Part shown: one piece after another, positions 1 through 9,034 of the stretch
How positions within the stretch are numbered: the stretch's first letter is position 1
How the letters are laid out: every line of letters starts with the position of its first letter
Assembly (NCBI GenBank): GCA_934444645.1
Contig: CAKSCV010000004.1
Coordinates: forward strand, 59,209-123,208
DNA: 64,000 bases
Direction of reading: 5' to 3'
Source of the DNA: an uncultured Eubacteriales bacterium
GTDB taxonomy: Bacteria; Bacillota; Clostridia; Oscillospirales; CAG-382
The notes under the pieces: generated by a model
Told to the model about the DNA's origin: nothing
The model's input: only the letters and a program-made list of their open reading frames with translations
Database searches by the model: none
Made by a program: the position numbers and the translations under genes

Positions 1-139
1 AATTGTCCACGGGCGGTCGGTTTTCGGTTTTGTAGCCGCAGCGGACCATTTCCACATTTTCGATCTTTTGACACTCGATTTCGGTGAACTCCCGTAATTT
101 TTCGCAGGCAATGCGGATCTTTTCTTCGATAAAGGTCAT
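1..139 (-). CDS. hypothetical protein, N-terminal fragment (gene runs off the window start)
   Basis: Reverse-strand ATG at 137-139, 5 nt after GGAGGG (rc of 145-150). The frame is open to position 1 (MTFIEEKIRIACEKLREFTEIECQKIENVEMVRCGYKTENRPPVDN). It is missing from the ORF track because it leaves the window. No family can be assigned from 46 aa. Confidence 0.45.
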   Translation of the reverse strand, partial: MTFIEEKIRIACEKLREFTEIECQKIENVEMVRCGYKTENRPPVDN

Positions 140-217
140 GATAGCCCTCCTTATGTGACAGGTGTTAGCGTAATTTCCGGCTTTATCTTACAACAAAATA
201 ATTCTTTTTGCAATATG

Positions 218-246
218 TTGACGTGATATTCTTTTTATGGTATTAT
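218..246 (+). promoter_or_regulatory. sigma-A type promoter for the AraC gene
   Basis: TTGACG (218-223), a 17-nt spacer, then TATTAT (241-246) preceded by TGg (extended -10). Confidence 0.55.
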
Positions 247-298
247 GATATTGTCATAATCGTATCCGTCCGAAAATGTTGAAAAGGAAGTGCTGTAT

Positions 299-1150
299 AT
301 GGTAAAACGATTGCTTGCCGAATACCATTTGGACACGGAGGCGGAGTGCCGCTTACGGCACGTGAAAACGCAGACCGAACGCTTTGTGCCCCATTGCCAC
401 GATTATTATGAGATTTTTCTGACGCTTGGCGGTACGGCGACGCATTTTGTCGGCGGCGTGTCCGAACCGATCGCTCCGGGCGATTTGATTTTTGTCCGCA
501 AAGACGATGAGCACGACTATGTCAATTATGATAAGCCGTTTGAATTTCTCAATTTGGCGTTTACCGAGAATACCCTTCTCAAGCTGTTCGATTATCTTGG
601 CGAAGGATTCCCGGCGGAGCACTTATTAAAAGCGCCGCTGCCGCCGACGGTGAAGTTAGCCGATGTCGAAACCCATCATTTATATATGAAGCTTGCCGAA
701 TTGCATACGGTCAACTTTACCGATAAAGCCAAGTTAAAACTAAAAATGCGCGGCCTTTTGGTGTATATTTTCACGACGTATTTCGGCGATATCCGCACAC
801 AGGACGGACAGACGGATATTCCGTTTTGGCTTGAAAATGCCTATGAAAAAATGCGCAGCCCGAAAAATTTCATCGGCGGCAAAAATCGCTTTTTCGATCT
901 GTGCGGCGTGACGCGCGAGCATGCGTCACGCTCTCTTAAAAAGCATTACAACGTCACGCCGTCCGAATATATTAACGACCTGCGCCTTGCTTATGCAGCC
1001 GGCCTTTTGCGGTCAAGCAACCTCAGTGCGACGGATATTTGCTATGAATGCGGCTTCCAAAACGTTTCGTGGTTTTACAACGCTTTTTCCGAAAAATTCG
1101 GGCTTACACCGGCAAAATACCGCGAAAACAGCAAGCAGCCGTCCGAATAA
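299..1150 (+). CDS. AraC family transcriptional regulator
   Basis: ORF 290-1150. The ATG at 299 lies 8 nt after AAGGAAG. The C-terminal double helix-turn-helix (HYNVTPSEYINDLRLAYAAGLL ... GFQNVSWFYNAFSEKFGLTPAKYR) is typical of AraC/XylS, with a cupin-like N-terminal half. Confidence 0.9.
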   Translation: MVKRLLAEYHLDTEAECRLRHVKTQTERFVPHCHDYYEIFLTLGGTATHFVGGVSEPIAPGDLIFVRKDDEHDYVNYDKPFEFLNLAFTENTLLKLFDYLGEGFPAEHLLKAPLPPTVKLADVETHHLYMKLAELHTVNFTDKAKLKLKMRGLLVYIFTTYFGDIRTQDGQTDIPFWLENAYEKMRSPKNFIGGKNRFFDLCGVTREHASRSLKKHYNVTPSEYINDLRLAYAAGLLRSSNLSATDICYECGFQNVSWFYNAFSEKFGLTPAKYRENSKQPSE

Positions 1151-1265
1151 GGCGTTCTCTAAAAAAATGCACAGGTTTTTCGAAAATACGAACAACTGAG
1201 CTGCTGTAAATTTGTGCAATATGCTGTATCTGATTGTATAAAACGCCGATTTTCAATAAAATTCA

Positions 1266-1294
1266 TTGACAGAATTTGCGTCTGTTGTTATAAT
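1266..1294 (+). promoter_or_regulatory. consensus sigma-A promoter for the SLH protein gene
   Basis: TTGACA (1266-1271), exactly 17 nt, then TATAAT (1289-1294). This places the transcription start near 1301, so the ORF-track start at 1214 is excluded. Confidence 0.7.
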
Positions 1295-1369
1295 ATAAAA
1301 TACAACCGATACTGTTGTTTTGACAGAAACGGAACCAAGAAAATCCAATTTGAAAAAGGAGAAGAAAAC

Positions 1370-4300
1370 ATGAAGAATCCAAAGGTTTTTCTGCCCCGAA
1401 AGCTTGCAATCGGTCTTTCGATCACGGCCGCGGCGCTCAGCATCCAAGCTTGTGCTGCCGGTTTTTCGAAAACAGCTGCTTATACGCCGGGTCAGTTTAC
1501 CGACGTCCCCGCGTCTGAGTGGTACGCTTCCGAAGTGGCAAGTGCGTTTGAACTCGGACTCATGAACGGCACAGGTGCCGGTCTTTTCGAGCCGGAGGGA
1601 CAGGTAACGGTCGCCGAGGCGATCACGATGGCTTCGCGTGCCGCTGCCATCTATGCCGGAGAGACTATTGATACGGCATCTTCCGGCGAATGGTACACGC
1701 CTTACGTAAACTATGCTGTTTCCAAAGGCTTTGTCAAAGAGGGACAGTTCGACAGCTACGACCGTCCGGCTAAACGCCGTGAGGTCGCCGTTATCTTCGA
1801 AAACGCCATGCCGGCCGGTTATTTCACCGCGCAGAATGACGTTGCTGCCATTCCCGACGTTTCGAAAATCCGCGATTACCACGACGATCTGCTGACGCTG
1901 TACAAAGCCGGCGTTGTCATGGGCAGCGATGCTTACGGCAACTTCCGTCCGGAGGATAATATTACCCGTGCGGAATCCGCTGCAATCATCAACCGCGTGG
2001 CACTTCCCGAAAACAGACTTGCAAAGTCGCTCGATAAAATTTCGCGCGACGACGCTTATCTCCTCATTTACAACACGCTTTATTCCGGCAACAAGGAAGG
2101 CATCAACTCCGGTTGGGTGCTCGATGCCAGAGGCTCGCTGCCGCGCACCTCGATCGAGGGCGGCTACGGCTCGCTTTCCGACATCAGCAAAACCGAAGGC
2201 ACCCAGATGATCCGTGAGTTCAACAAGACCACCACCGGCCTTGTCAACCTCGAAACCACCGTCAGCCTCGGCTCCGGCTTCGACGGCTTCTCGCTCGAAT
2301 ACCGCAACGACGCCGACAAACCGGTGTATAAGCTCGAAACCATCGACGGTGCGTGGAAGCTGCTCCAAGCAGACGGTTCCTATAAGACCCTTATGGAAAA
2401 CGCAAAGGACGAAACGCTCTTTACGTTCAATATCACGGTCGATTTGGACAATAACCGTTCCACAACCATTATCAACACCAAGGATTACGGAACGTATCCG
2501 CTTGTGACGAGCGGCGCGGACAGCAACCTTCTCAACTTCCGCTTTGCCACCACCGATGAAAGCACCGCCGTCGCTACCCTCGGTCCGATCAAAACCACCG
2601 TTAACTATGCCGTTTACGATGAGTTCTATTACAATTCCGACGGTAAGAATCCGCCGATGGGCTGGGTCGGTGAAGGTGCGGTTGCCGGCGGTCAGCAGTT
2701 GCGGATCACAAACGGCTATGCCGCACGCTACTTTAATCCGATTTCCGGCAACGCCAATGCCGATATTGAGTTCAACCTTACCAAGGGTCAGGCTATCTCC
2801 TATGCTCTCAAGAGCGGACTCAAGAATGTCGTCACGTTCAGCAGCGACGATAAAAACTTCTATGCCAACGGCGAGAAGATTTACGAAAACTACGTGCAGA
2901 ATCTGTGGTACCGCATTCGCCTGCAGGCAGATGCCGATACGCAAAGAGCCACTGTTTGGCTCAACGGCCGCAAGATTGCAACGGTGGACTATGCGGAAGC
3001 TGCAACCTCTGTTGACAATATTTTTGTTACCAACACCGATGAACAGACGGTAAGTTTTGATAACGTCCGCGTCTTCGAAAAGATTAAACGCGACGATTAT
3101 GTTCCCGCACCGGTCAAACCCAAAGGCGAAGAGGATCATATCGTCGGTATGAACATCTGCTCGCTGTGGAGAAACGGTACGCACTTCGGCTGGTCGTGCA
3201 TTTCGCCGTATGAAGATGCAGAGCTTGCGCTCGGCTACTACGACGAGGGCAACACCGAAACCGCCGATTGGGAAATCAAGTACATGGTGGAACACGGCAT
3301 CGACTTCCAGGCCTTCTGCTGGTATGCCGATAACGGCAACGCTCCGCTGTATCACTTAAACAACAGTATGCACCTGCACGACGGCTATCTGTATGCCGAT
3401 TACAGCGACGCCATGAAGTACTGCCTCATCTGGGAATGCGCCAATGCGGCAAGACCGAAGGATTTCGACGCATGGAAGAACTACTATGTGCCGTATCTCA
3501 TGGAAAACTACTTCAAGGACAGCCGTTATATGTCGATCGACAATCAGCTCGTGCTGTGCGTCTTCGGTGCAAGTAAGCTTTCCGAACAGCTCGGCGGCGC
3601 TCCCAAGGTCAAGGAATGCTTCGATTACCTTGAAGAAGAAGTCAAGAAGCTCGGCTATGACGGTATGATCTACCTGTCCTGCGGCTCCTCCTCCGATTCT
3701 CTTGCAAGCATGGGCTTTGACGGTGCATATGCCTATAACTGGGGCAGCCAGGGCTATAAGCTCGACGTAAACAAGTCCTCTATCCTCAAAAGCCAAAAGG
3801 CTTCCTCCAAGATGTATACCGTTCCGACCATCTCTGTCGGCTTCAACAGCATTCCGTGGCACGGTATCCGTTACCCGATGATGTCGGTTGAAGATTTCAA
3901 GACCGCACACACCTGGATCCGTGACGAATACCTCCCGACCTATGCCGCCAAGGGCACATGGCAGGAAAAGCTCTCCATGATCTCCACCTGGAACGAATAC
4001 GGCGAAGGTACGTATATCATGCCGTCCAAGGGTAACGGCGGCTTCGGCTATCTCGACGCATTGCGCGAAGTGTATACCGATGAAAAGGTTGACAAGTCTC
4101 TCGACCTCTATCCGACCGACGCGCAGAGAACACGCATCAACCGCCTCTATCCGCAGTACAGACATCTTCTTCGCAAGACCGGTTACTACGATTTCTCGGT
4201 AGATACCTCTAACCTTGAAAGCGTCTATACCATCACGTATACCGAAAACAAGGCTATGGGCGTCGGCAATACCAAGACCTATGAATTTACGCCGGAGGGC

Positions 4301-6040
4301 TTAAAGGGTATGGTTGACGGCGATACGCTTATTATCGCCGCTGCTCTCAATGTTCCGGCTGAAGCAAATCAGGTCAAGGTGACCATCGATGTTCCGAAGG
4401 GCACGTATGTCGAGCTCTACTATGTGACCGATTCCGATAAAAACTGGACCAGTTCGAAGAGCTCCGGCTTTACGGCTGACAAGGAAGGCTTAAACGAATA
4501 TTTGGTCGATATGAGCCAAAAGTCCGCCTGGAAGGGTACCATCACCCAGTTCCGTGTTGACCCCGGTCAGACCGAGCCGGGCATGGGCGATCCCGAAAAG
4601 AACTATTTCCGTCTTGTCAGCGTTGAATTCTTAAAAGCTCCCAGCAAGGGCAGCCGCAACATCTTCATCAACGGCAAGAAATACGAGCTTCAGCTCTATC
4701 CGGAAGCCGCCGCAAACGGCGATTACCTTGTCTCCTTCGACCCCGCCGTTGCACTCAACTACTTACTCAATTCGTTCTATACCTGGGACAGAGATGCCGG
4801 TGTTCTCACCATTGAAGCCAATAAGCATACCGTCGTTTACACCACCGGCTCGGATAAGTACACCGTTGACGGCAAGACCAAGGATCTCGGCTACAAGATG
4901 TACCTCCAGGACGGTCTGCCGATGATTCCGATTGTTAAGTTCTGCGAAGACGTCGGCTACAAGGCATCGGTTAACGAAAATAAGGAAGCCGTTATCGAAA
5001 CCAACCAAAAAGAATACTTCGATATGATCGCCAAGCGCGAACCCGCAAAGTGGGAATTCAACACGCCGGGTGATAACGAAGGCTGGTCTTCGGGACATAT
5101 GAACCTCTTTACGGTAGACGGTTATATGAGAGCCACCTCCATTACCGACAGCCGCGACCCGATTATCACGTTCAACGGCGATACCAACTTTGTCGCAGCC
5201 AAGTATAAGACCTTTGAGATCCGTGTTCGCTATAAGCATGACAGCGAGAACCAGCAGGCTCTTACCATGTACTTCACGACCGATTCCGAACCGAGCATGC
5301 GTGAAGCCGTTACCCTCAAATTGCCGCTCAAATCGAATGACAGCAAGGGCGAATGGGAAACCTACACGTATGACCTCTCCAAGTGCGAATTCTGGACCGG
5401 TACGATCAAGAAGCTCCGCTTTGACCCGTTCAATGCCGTCGGTACAATCGATATCGATTACATGCGCTTTGTCGAAGACCCGGACTACAACCCGTCCGCA
5501 AAGCCGCCCAAAGAAGAACAGGATTCCGGCGTGTTCGAAATCAAGAACGGCGATGCCGAAGGCTCGATTCAAGCTTTCCGTTCGGATAATGCCAAGATCT
5601 CCATTGTCGAAGACCCGGATAACAAGGATAACCACGTTTACCTTGTCAAGGGCAATGCCGGCAAGAACTGGAGCTACTTCCGTTATCTCTGCATCTTCAA
5701 GCCCGGCAAGACCTATAAGGTTGAATACGATGTCCGACTTCTCGGCAAGGGTGAGGATATCTCCGGTGAAGACGGCGATTGCGCGACCAGCATTATCTGC
5801 AATATGCGCTACTCCGATTCGCAGGGCAAGACCGACCATATTTCCGGTGCTAACGACGGCGCAAACATGGGCGTAAGTCTCAAGGTATCGGATGGCTGGA
5901 AGCACGTTTCGTTTGAGTATACCATTGACGAAAACAGCACCTTGAGAGACAATGACCAGTTTGCGGTTTATGCAAATCCTGTCGGTGAGGAAAGCGCAAA
6001 CTACTACATCGATAACATTGTCGTAACCGAACTCGAATAA
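1370..6040 (+). CDS. S-layer homology (SLH) domain cell-wall protein with a GH99-like/WbsX-like glycoside-hydrolase-type core and CBM-like modules
   Basis: ORF 1214-6040, start moved to ATG 1370 (RBS AAAGGAGAAG, then signal peptide MKNPKVFLPRKLAIGLSITAAALSIQACAAG). SLH-like repeats are present (FTDVPASEWYASEV..., LYKAGVVMGSDAYGNFRPEDNITRAESAAIINR). A central block (YYDEGNTETADWEIKYMVEHGIDFQAFCWY ... STWNEYGEGTYIMP) resembles the GH99-like/WbsX fold. There is a copper-amine-oxidase-N-like stalk (FINGKKYELQ...LPMIPIVKF) and C-terminal jelly-roll motifs (YYIDNIVVTE). Confidence 0.85.
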   Translation: MKNPKVFLPRKLAIGLSITAAALSIQACAAGFSKTAAYTPGQFTDVPASEWYASEVASAFELGLMNGTGAGLFEPEGQVTVAEAITMASRAAAIYAGETIDTASSGEWYTPYVNYAVSKGFVKEGQFDSYDRPAKRREVAVIFENAMPAGYFTAQNDVAAIPDVSKIRDYHDDLLTLYKAGVVMGSDAYGNFRPEDNITRAESAAIINRVALPENRLAKSLDKISRDDAYLLIYNTLYSGNKEGINSGWVLDARGSLPRTSIEGGYGSLSDISKTEGTQMIREFNKTTTGLVNLETTVSLGSGFDGFSLEYRNDADKPVYKLETIDGAWKLLQADGSYKTLMENAKDETLFTFNITVDLDNNRSTTIINTKDYGTYPLVTSGADSNLLNFRFATTDESTAVATLGPIKTTVNYAVYDEFYYNSDGKNPPMGWVGEGAVAGGQQLRITNGYAARYFNPISGNANADIEFNLTKGQAISYALKSGLKNVVTFSSDDKNFYANGEKIYENYVQNLWYRIRLQADADTQRATVWLNGRKIATVDYAEAATSVDNIFVTNTDEQTVSFDNVRVFEKIKRDDYVPAPVKPKGEEDHIVGMNICSLWRNGTHFGWSCISPYEDAELALGYYDEGNTETADWEIKYMVEHGIDFQAFCWYADNGNAPLYHLNNSMHLHDGYLYADYSDAMKYCLIWECANAARPKDFDAWKNYYVPYLMENYFKDSRYMSIDNQLVLCVFGASKLSEQLGGAPKVKECFDYLEEEVKKLGYDGMIYLSCGSSSDSLASMGFDGAYAYNWGSQGYKLDVNKSSILKSQKASSKMYTVPTISVGFNSIPWHGIRYPMMSVEDFKTAHTWIRDEYLPTYAAKGTWQEKLSMISTWNEYGEGTYIMPSKGNGGFGYLDALREVYTDEKVDKSLDLYPTDAQRTRINRLYPQYRHLLRKTGYYDFSVDTSNLESVYTITYTENKAMGVGNTKTYEFTPEGLKGMVDGDTLIIAAALNVPAEANQVKVTIDVPKGTYVELYYVTDSDKNWTSSKSSGFTADKEGLNEYLVDMSQKSAWKGTITQFRVDPGQTEPGMGDPEKNYFRLVSVEFLKAPSKGSRNIFINGKKYELQLYPEAAANGDYLVSFDPAVALNYLLNSFYTWDRDAGVLTIEANKHTVVYTTGSDKYTVDGKTKDLGYKMYLQDGLPMIPIVKFCEDVGYKASVNENKEAVIETNQKEYFDMIAKREPAKWEFNTPGDNEGWSSGHMNLFTVDGYMRATSITDSRDPIITFNGDTNFVAAKYKTFEIRVRYKHDSENQQALTMYFTTDSEPSMREAVTLKLPLKSNDSKGEWETYTYDLSKCEFWTGTIKKLRFDPFNAVGTIDIDYMRFVEDPDYNPSAKPPKEEQDSGVFEIKNGDAEGSIQAFRSDNAKISIVEDPDNKDNHVYLVKGNAGKNWSYFRYLCIFKPGKTYKVEYDVRLLGKGEDISGEDGDCATSIICNMRYSDSQGKTDHISGANDGANMGVSLKVSDGWKHVSFEYTIDENSTLRDNDQFAVYANPVGEESANYYIDNIVVTELE

Positions 6041-6047
6041 TTAAGCC

Positions 6048-6083
6048 AAAAGCGGCTCATGGGTCATCCGTGAGCCGCTTTTC
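6048..6083 (+). terminator. rho-independent terminator after the SLH gene
   Basis: AAAGCGGCTCA (6048-6058) pairs with TGAGCCGCTTT (6071-6081), followed by TTTTC. The GTG start at 6070 in the ORF track lies inside this hairpin. Confidence 0.8.
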
Positions 6084-6099
6084 AAAGGGATATTTTACT

Positions 6100-7398
6100 A
6101 TGTCAGATTTATCAAATCATACAGAATTACGCGAACTGCCTGTCCGCGGTAAAATGACGGCGGATGTCGCTGTCATCGGCGGCGGAACAGCCGGCGTCTT
6201 TGCAGCAATCTGCGCGGCACGCACCGGTGCAAAAACCGTGCTTGTCGAAAAAAACAGTATGCTCGGCGGCACGCTTACGGTGGCAGGCGTCAATTTTCCG
6301 GGACTTTTTTATGCATGGCAAAAGCAGATTGTCGCCGGTCCTTGCTGGGACGCGCTTTTGGAATGTGTCAAGCTCGGCGGCGCAAGGCTGCCGGAGCTTT
6401 CGTATCTGGAGCATGAACAGTGGCGTGAGCAGATTCTCGTCAACCGCTTTTTGTTCACCGCCGTTATCACCGAAATGTGCCGTAAGGCCGGTGTGCGTTT
6501 GATTACGAACGCCATGCTTGCCGCCGCTTCGGAAACCGAAAACGGCGTTGACCTTGTCATAACCGCTAAAAAGGGTCTTTTTGAGATCGAAGCCAAGACA
6601 GCCATCGACACGACCGGCGACGCCAACCTTGCTATGGCTCTGGGGTTGGCGGTAGAAAAGAGCGAAACCCAACAGCCGGCGACTCTCCAACATCATCTTT
6701 CCGGCTATGACGCCGATAAGATCGATTGGGAAACGCTGAATGCGGAATTTTCAAAATGGGATTTTCCGCCATATATCACACCGTTTAATTTTAAGCATTC
6801 GCTCCGAAACGAAAAATTCGACTTTCACGTTCCATCGGTCAACGCCGATACCTCCGAGGGCAAGGCTAAGGTCGATGAGGACGCGTTGGCACTCACGCTG
6901 AAAGCCTTGAAATTCTGCAAGACCATCCCGGGACTTGAAACTATCACCGTCGATTTTTGCGCCGAGGAGACCGGTGTGCGTGAATCCAATCGAATTGTCG
7001 GTCGGACAGTCGTTTCGGCAAAGGACTATATCACCGGGCATTTTTATCCCGATTCGGTGTGCTATGCGTTTTATCCGATCGATCTGCACGTCATGCACGG
7101 CGTGGAAAAGACCTATTTTGAGCCGGAACGCGTCGGAAAAGTGCCGTTTGCGGCATTGATCCCGAAAGAATCGAAGCACGTGCTTTGCGCCGGACGGTGT
7201 ATTTCCTCCGACACGAACGCCAACAGCGCTTTGCGTGTCGAGGCGGTGTGCATGGCGACCGGACAGGCGGCCGGGTGTGCGGCGGCATTGGCTGTCAAAG
7301 AAAAGCTTCCGGTGTACGATGTGCCGTATGACGCTTTATGCAAGGCTTTGAAAGGACTTGGCGCAATCGTACCGGAGCAAGGCTATTTTAAGAATTAA
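6100..7398 (+). CDS. FAD-dependent oxidoreductase (FAD_oxidored/PF12831-like)
   Basis: ORF 6070-7398, start moved to ATG 6100 downstream of the terminator. It carries a dinucleotide-binding motif (DVAVIGGGTAGVFAAICAARTGAKTVLVEKNSMLGG). Confidence 0.85.
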   Translation: MSDLSNHTELRELPVRGKMTADVAVIGGGTAGVFAAICAARTGAKTVLVEKNSMLGGTLTVAGVNFPGLFYAWQKQIVAGPCWDALLECVKLGGARLPELSYLEHEQWREQILVNRFLFTAVITEMCRKAGVRLITNAMLAAASETENGVDLVITAKKGLFEIEAKTAIDTTGDANLAMALGLAVEKSETQQPATLQHHLSGYDADKIDWETLNAEFSKWDFPPYITPFNFKHSLRNEKFDFHVPSVNADTSEGKAKVDEDALALTLKALKFCKTIPGLETITVDFCAEETGVRESNRIVGRTVVSAKDYITGHFYPDSVCYAFYPIDLHVMHGVEKTYFEPERVGKVPFAALIPKESKHVLCAGRCISSDTNANSALRVEAVCMATGQAAGCAAALAVKEKLPVYDVPYDALCKALKGLGAIVPEQGYFKN

Positions 7399-7436
7399 GA
7401 AACGAGCGGAAAGCCTATGTTTTCCGCTCGTTCTTT
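7399..7436. terminator. bidirectional terminator between convergent genes
   Basis: GAAACGAGCGGA (7399-7410) pairs with TCCGCTCGTTC (7423-7433). A-rich on the 5' side and T-rich on the 3' side. Confidence 0.75.
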
Positions 7437-8174
7437 TCACACGCGTTTGACGGATAGGATTTCGCCGTCCGTTCCGATGATATGCACGCTTACGGGAATG
7501 TTTTTGCCGCAAGCCTTTACGGCATCACTCACCGCACGCTCGATCCCGCCGCAGCAGGGAACCTCCATGCGCGTGACCGTAACGGTGCGGATCGAATTCT
7601 GCGAGAGGATCGCCGTTAATTTCTCGGTGTAATCGCCCTCGTCCAGCTTCGGACAGCCGATTAACGTAATACGGCCGCGAATGTAGTCCTCGTGGAAATT
7701 GCCGTAGGCGTAGGCGGAGCAGTCGGCAGCAATGAGCAGGTCGGCGTTTTCAAAATACGGCGCACCAACCGGCACAAGCTTTATCTGAACCGGCCATTGC
7801 ATAAGCCGTCCGGAAGAAAAAGCGGCTTTTTTCGGTTCGCTCGGTGTGTCATGGCGAATCAAACGCGATTTTGTGCCCGGACAGCCGCAGGGAAGCGGAG
7901 CGGTTTTCTCGGAACTGCGTTCAAGCTTCGCTTCTTTTGCTTTTTTGGCGGCCAATACCGCTGCTTCATCATAGGCAGGTGCTTCGCGCTCTTCAAAGGT
8001 GATAGCCCCCGTCGGACAAGCCGGCAGACAGTCGCCGAGACCGTCGCAATAGTTCTCGCGCGTAAGCACGGCTTTTCCGTCGATCATATCAATAGCGCCT
8101 TCGTGGCAGGCAGCGGCACAGGCGCCGCAGCCGTTGCATTTTTCACGGTCAATTTTGATGATTTTTCGGTTCAT
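7437..8174 (-). CDS. 4Fe-4S dicluster domain protein (ferredoxin-like N-terminus plus a conserved Cys-containing C-terminal domain)
   Basis: Two CxxCxxCxxxCP motifs (CNGCGACAAACHEG, CDGLGDCLPACPTG). The C-terminal part reads LIGCPKLD ... MEVPCCGG. RBS AAAGGAAC lies upstream of the ATG at 8174. Confidence 0.85.
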   Translation of the reverse strand: MNRKIIKIDREKCNGCGACAAACHEGAIDMIDGKAVLTRENYCDGLGDCLPACPTGAITFEEREAPAYDEAAVLAAKKAKEAKLERSSEKTAPLPCGCPGTKSRLIRHDTPSEPKKAAFSSGRLMQWPVQIKLVPVGAPYFENADLLIAADCSAYAYGNFHEDYIRGRITLIGCPKLDEGDYTEKLTAILSQNSIRTVTVTRMEVPCCGGIERAVSDAVKACGKNIPVSVHIIGTDGEILSVKRV

Positions 8175-8218
8175 ATAGATGTTCCTTTCGTTTTATGGCA
8201 TGGTTTGCGGAATAGCTC

Positions 8219-8247
8219 TTGACTTTACGGGCACAGTATAGTACAAT
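8219..8247 (+). promoter_or_regulatory. sigma-A type promoter for the Crp/Fnr regulator
   Basis: TTGACT (8219-8224), 17 nt, then TACAAT (8242-8247). Confidence 0.5.
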
Positions 8248-8259
8248 ATACATGAAAAG

Positions 8260-8279
8260 TCTGTTGGAAAAACAACAGA
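8260..8279. promoter_or_regulatory. perfect inverted repeat, candidate Crp/Fnr-type operator or 5'-UTR hairpin
   Basis: TCTGTTG-gaaaaa-CAACAGA, with 7-bp arms and a 6-nt spacer. It lies just downstream of the predicted -10 and 31 nt upstream of the regulator start codon. Confidence 0.4.
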
Positions 8280-8310
8280 AATATGTTTTGCGAGCGGAGG
8301 TTTTTTCCGT

Positions 8311-9030
8311 ATGAGTTTGGTTTTTCCTGCAAATGCGTCGGAGGATTCGCTTCGGCTTCTTGCGGCGTGCCGTTTGTTTGATGGGATCGACCGCGCCGTT
8401 TTGCCGTCCGTTTTGGAAAAACTCGGTGCTGTCGAAAAGAAACGGCAAAAGGGCGAATTTTTCTTTCGGGAGGGCGATCCGGCTGAAAACGCCGGGATCT
8501 TGCTTTCCGGAAGGGCGCAGATTCTGCGCGACGATTATGACGGCCGGCGTCACGTTTTGGCAGAATTAGCGCCCGGCGATGTTTTCGGTGAAGTTTTTGC
8601 GTGTGCGGATGTAAAAACCTATCCGGTGTATGTGGAGGCGATTTGCGAGGCGGAGGCGTTGTTTGTCAATCTTGCTCTGCTTGAACAGAATCGCACCCCG
8701 GATGCGCACGAGGTGCGGCTGTTATACAATCTGCTTTTTGTCACGGCGCAGAAAAATCTGCTCTTAAACCGCAAAATCGAGCTTCTTTCCAAGCGAACGA
8801 CGCGGGAAAAACTCGCTTCGTTTTTGTGGATGAAGGCCAAAGAAGCCGGACAAGTGCACTTTACCGTTCCGTTTGACAGGCAGTCGCTTGCCGATTATCT
8901 CGGCGTGGATCGAAGCGCTATGTGTGCGGAGCTAAGCCGGATGCGCCGCGACGGATGGATCGATTATCACAAAAATGTATTTCGCATACAAAAAGCCGCA
9001 TTTGCGGAGAATACGGAAGAAAGCAGGTGA
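8311..9030 (+). CDS. Crp/Fnr family transcriptional regulator
   Basis: Has a cNMP-binding-like beta-roll (FFFREGDPAENAGILLSGRAQILRDDYDGRR ... PGDVFGE) and a C-terminal HTH (REKLASFL ... SLADYLGVDRSAMCAELSRMRRDGWI). RBS GGAGG lies 9 nt upstream. Confidence 0.9.
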   Translation: MSLVFPANASEDSLRLLAACRLFDGIDRAVLPSVLEKLGAVEKKRQKGEFFFREGDPAENAGILLSGRAQILRDDYDGRRHVLAELAPGDVFGEVFACADVKTYPVYVEAICEAEALFVNLALLEQNRTPDAHEVRLLYNLLFVTAQKNLLLNRKIELLSKRTTREKLASFLWMKAKEAGQVHFTVPFDRQSLADYLGVDRSAMCAELSRMRRDGWIDYHKNVFRIQKAAFAENTEESR

Positions 9031-9034
9031 AGGT

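Noticed and set aside
1-139. Calling the partial first gene a GH38 alpha-mannosidase because of an N-terminal EEK...L.E pattern next to an AraC regulator.
   Set aside because: Only 46 residues are visible and the resemblance rests on a vague recollection. That is too little evidence for a family call.
1214-1369. Extended N-termini offered by the ORF track: 1214 for the SLH gene, and similarly 6070, 8975, 23464, 23930, 30852, 33112, 33792, 44053, 49829, 57209 and 57800.
   Set aside because: In each case an internal ATG/GTG/TTG has a proper Shine-Dalgarno sequence and gives a canonical N-terminus or signal peptide. The extension overlaps a promoter, a terminator hairpin or the upstream gene.
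1253-3355. A 700-aa minus-strand ORF, plus further long antisense ORFs at 3356-4165 and 4763-5905, opposite the SLH protein gene.
   Set aside because: They lie entirely antisense to a gene with clear domain content. Their translations are low-complexity (R/G/A/V-rich), with no RBS and no recognisable motif. This is the typical shadow-ORF artefact of GC-rich third codon positions.
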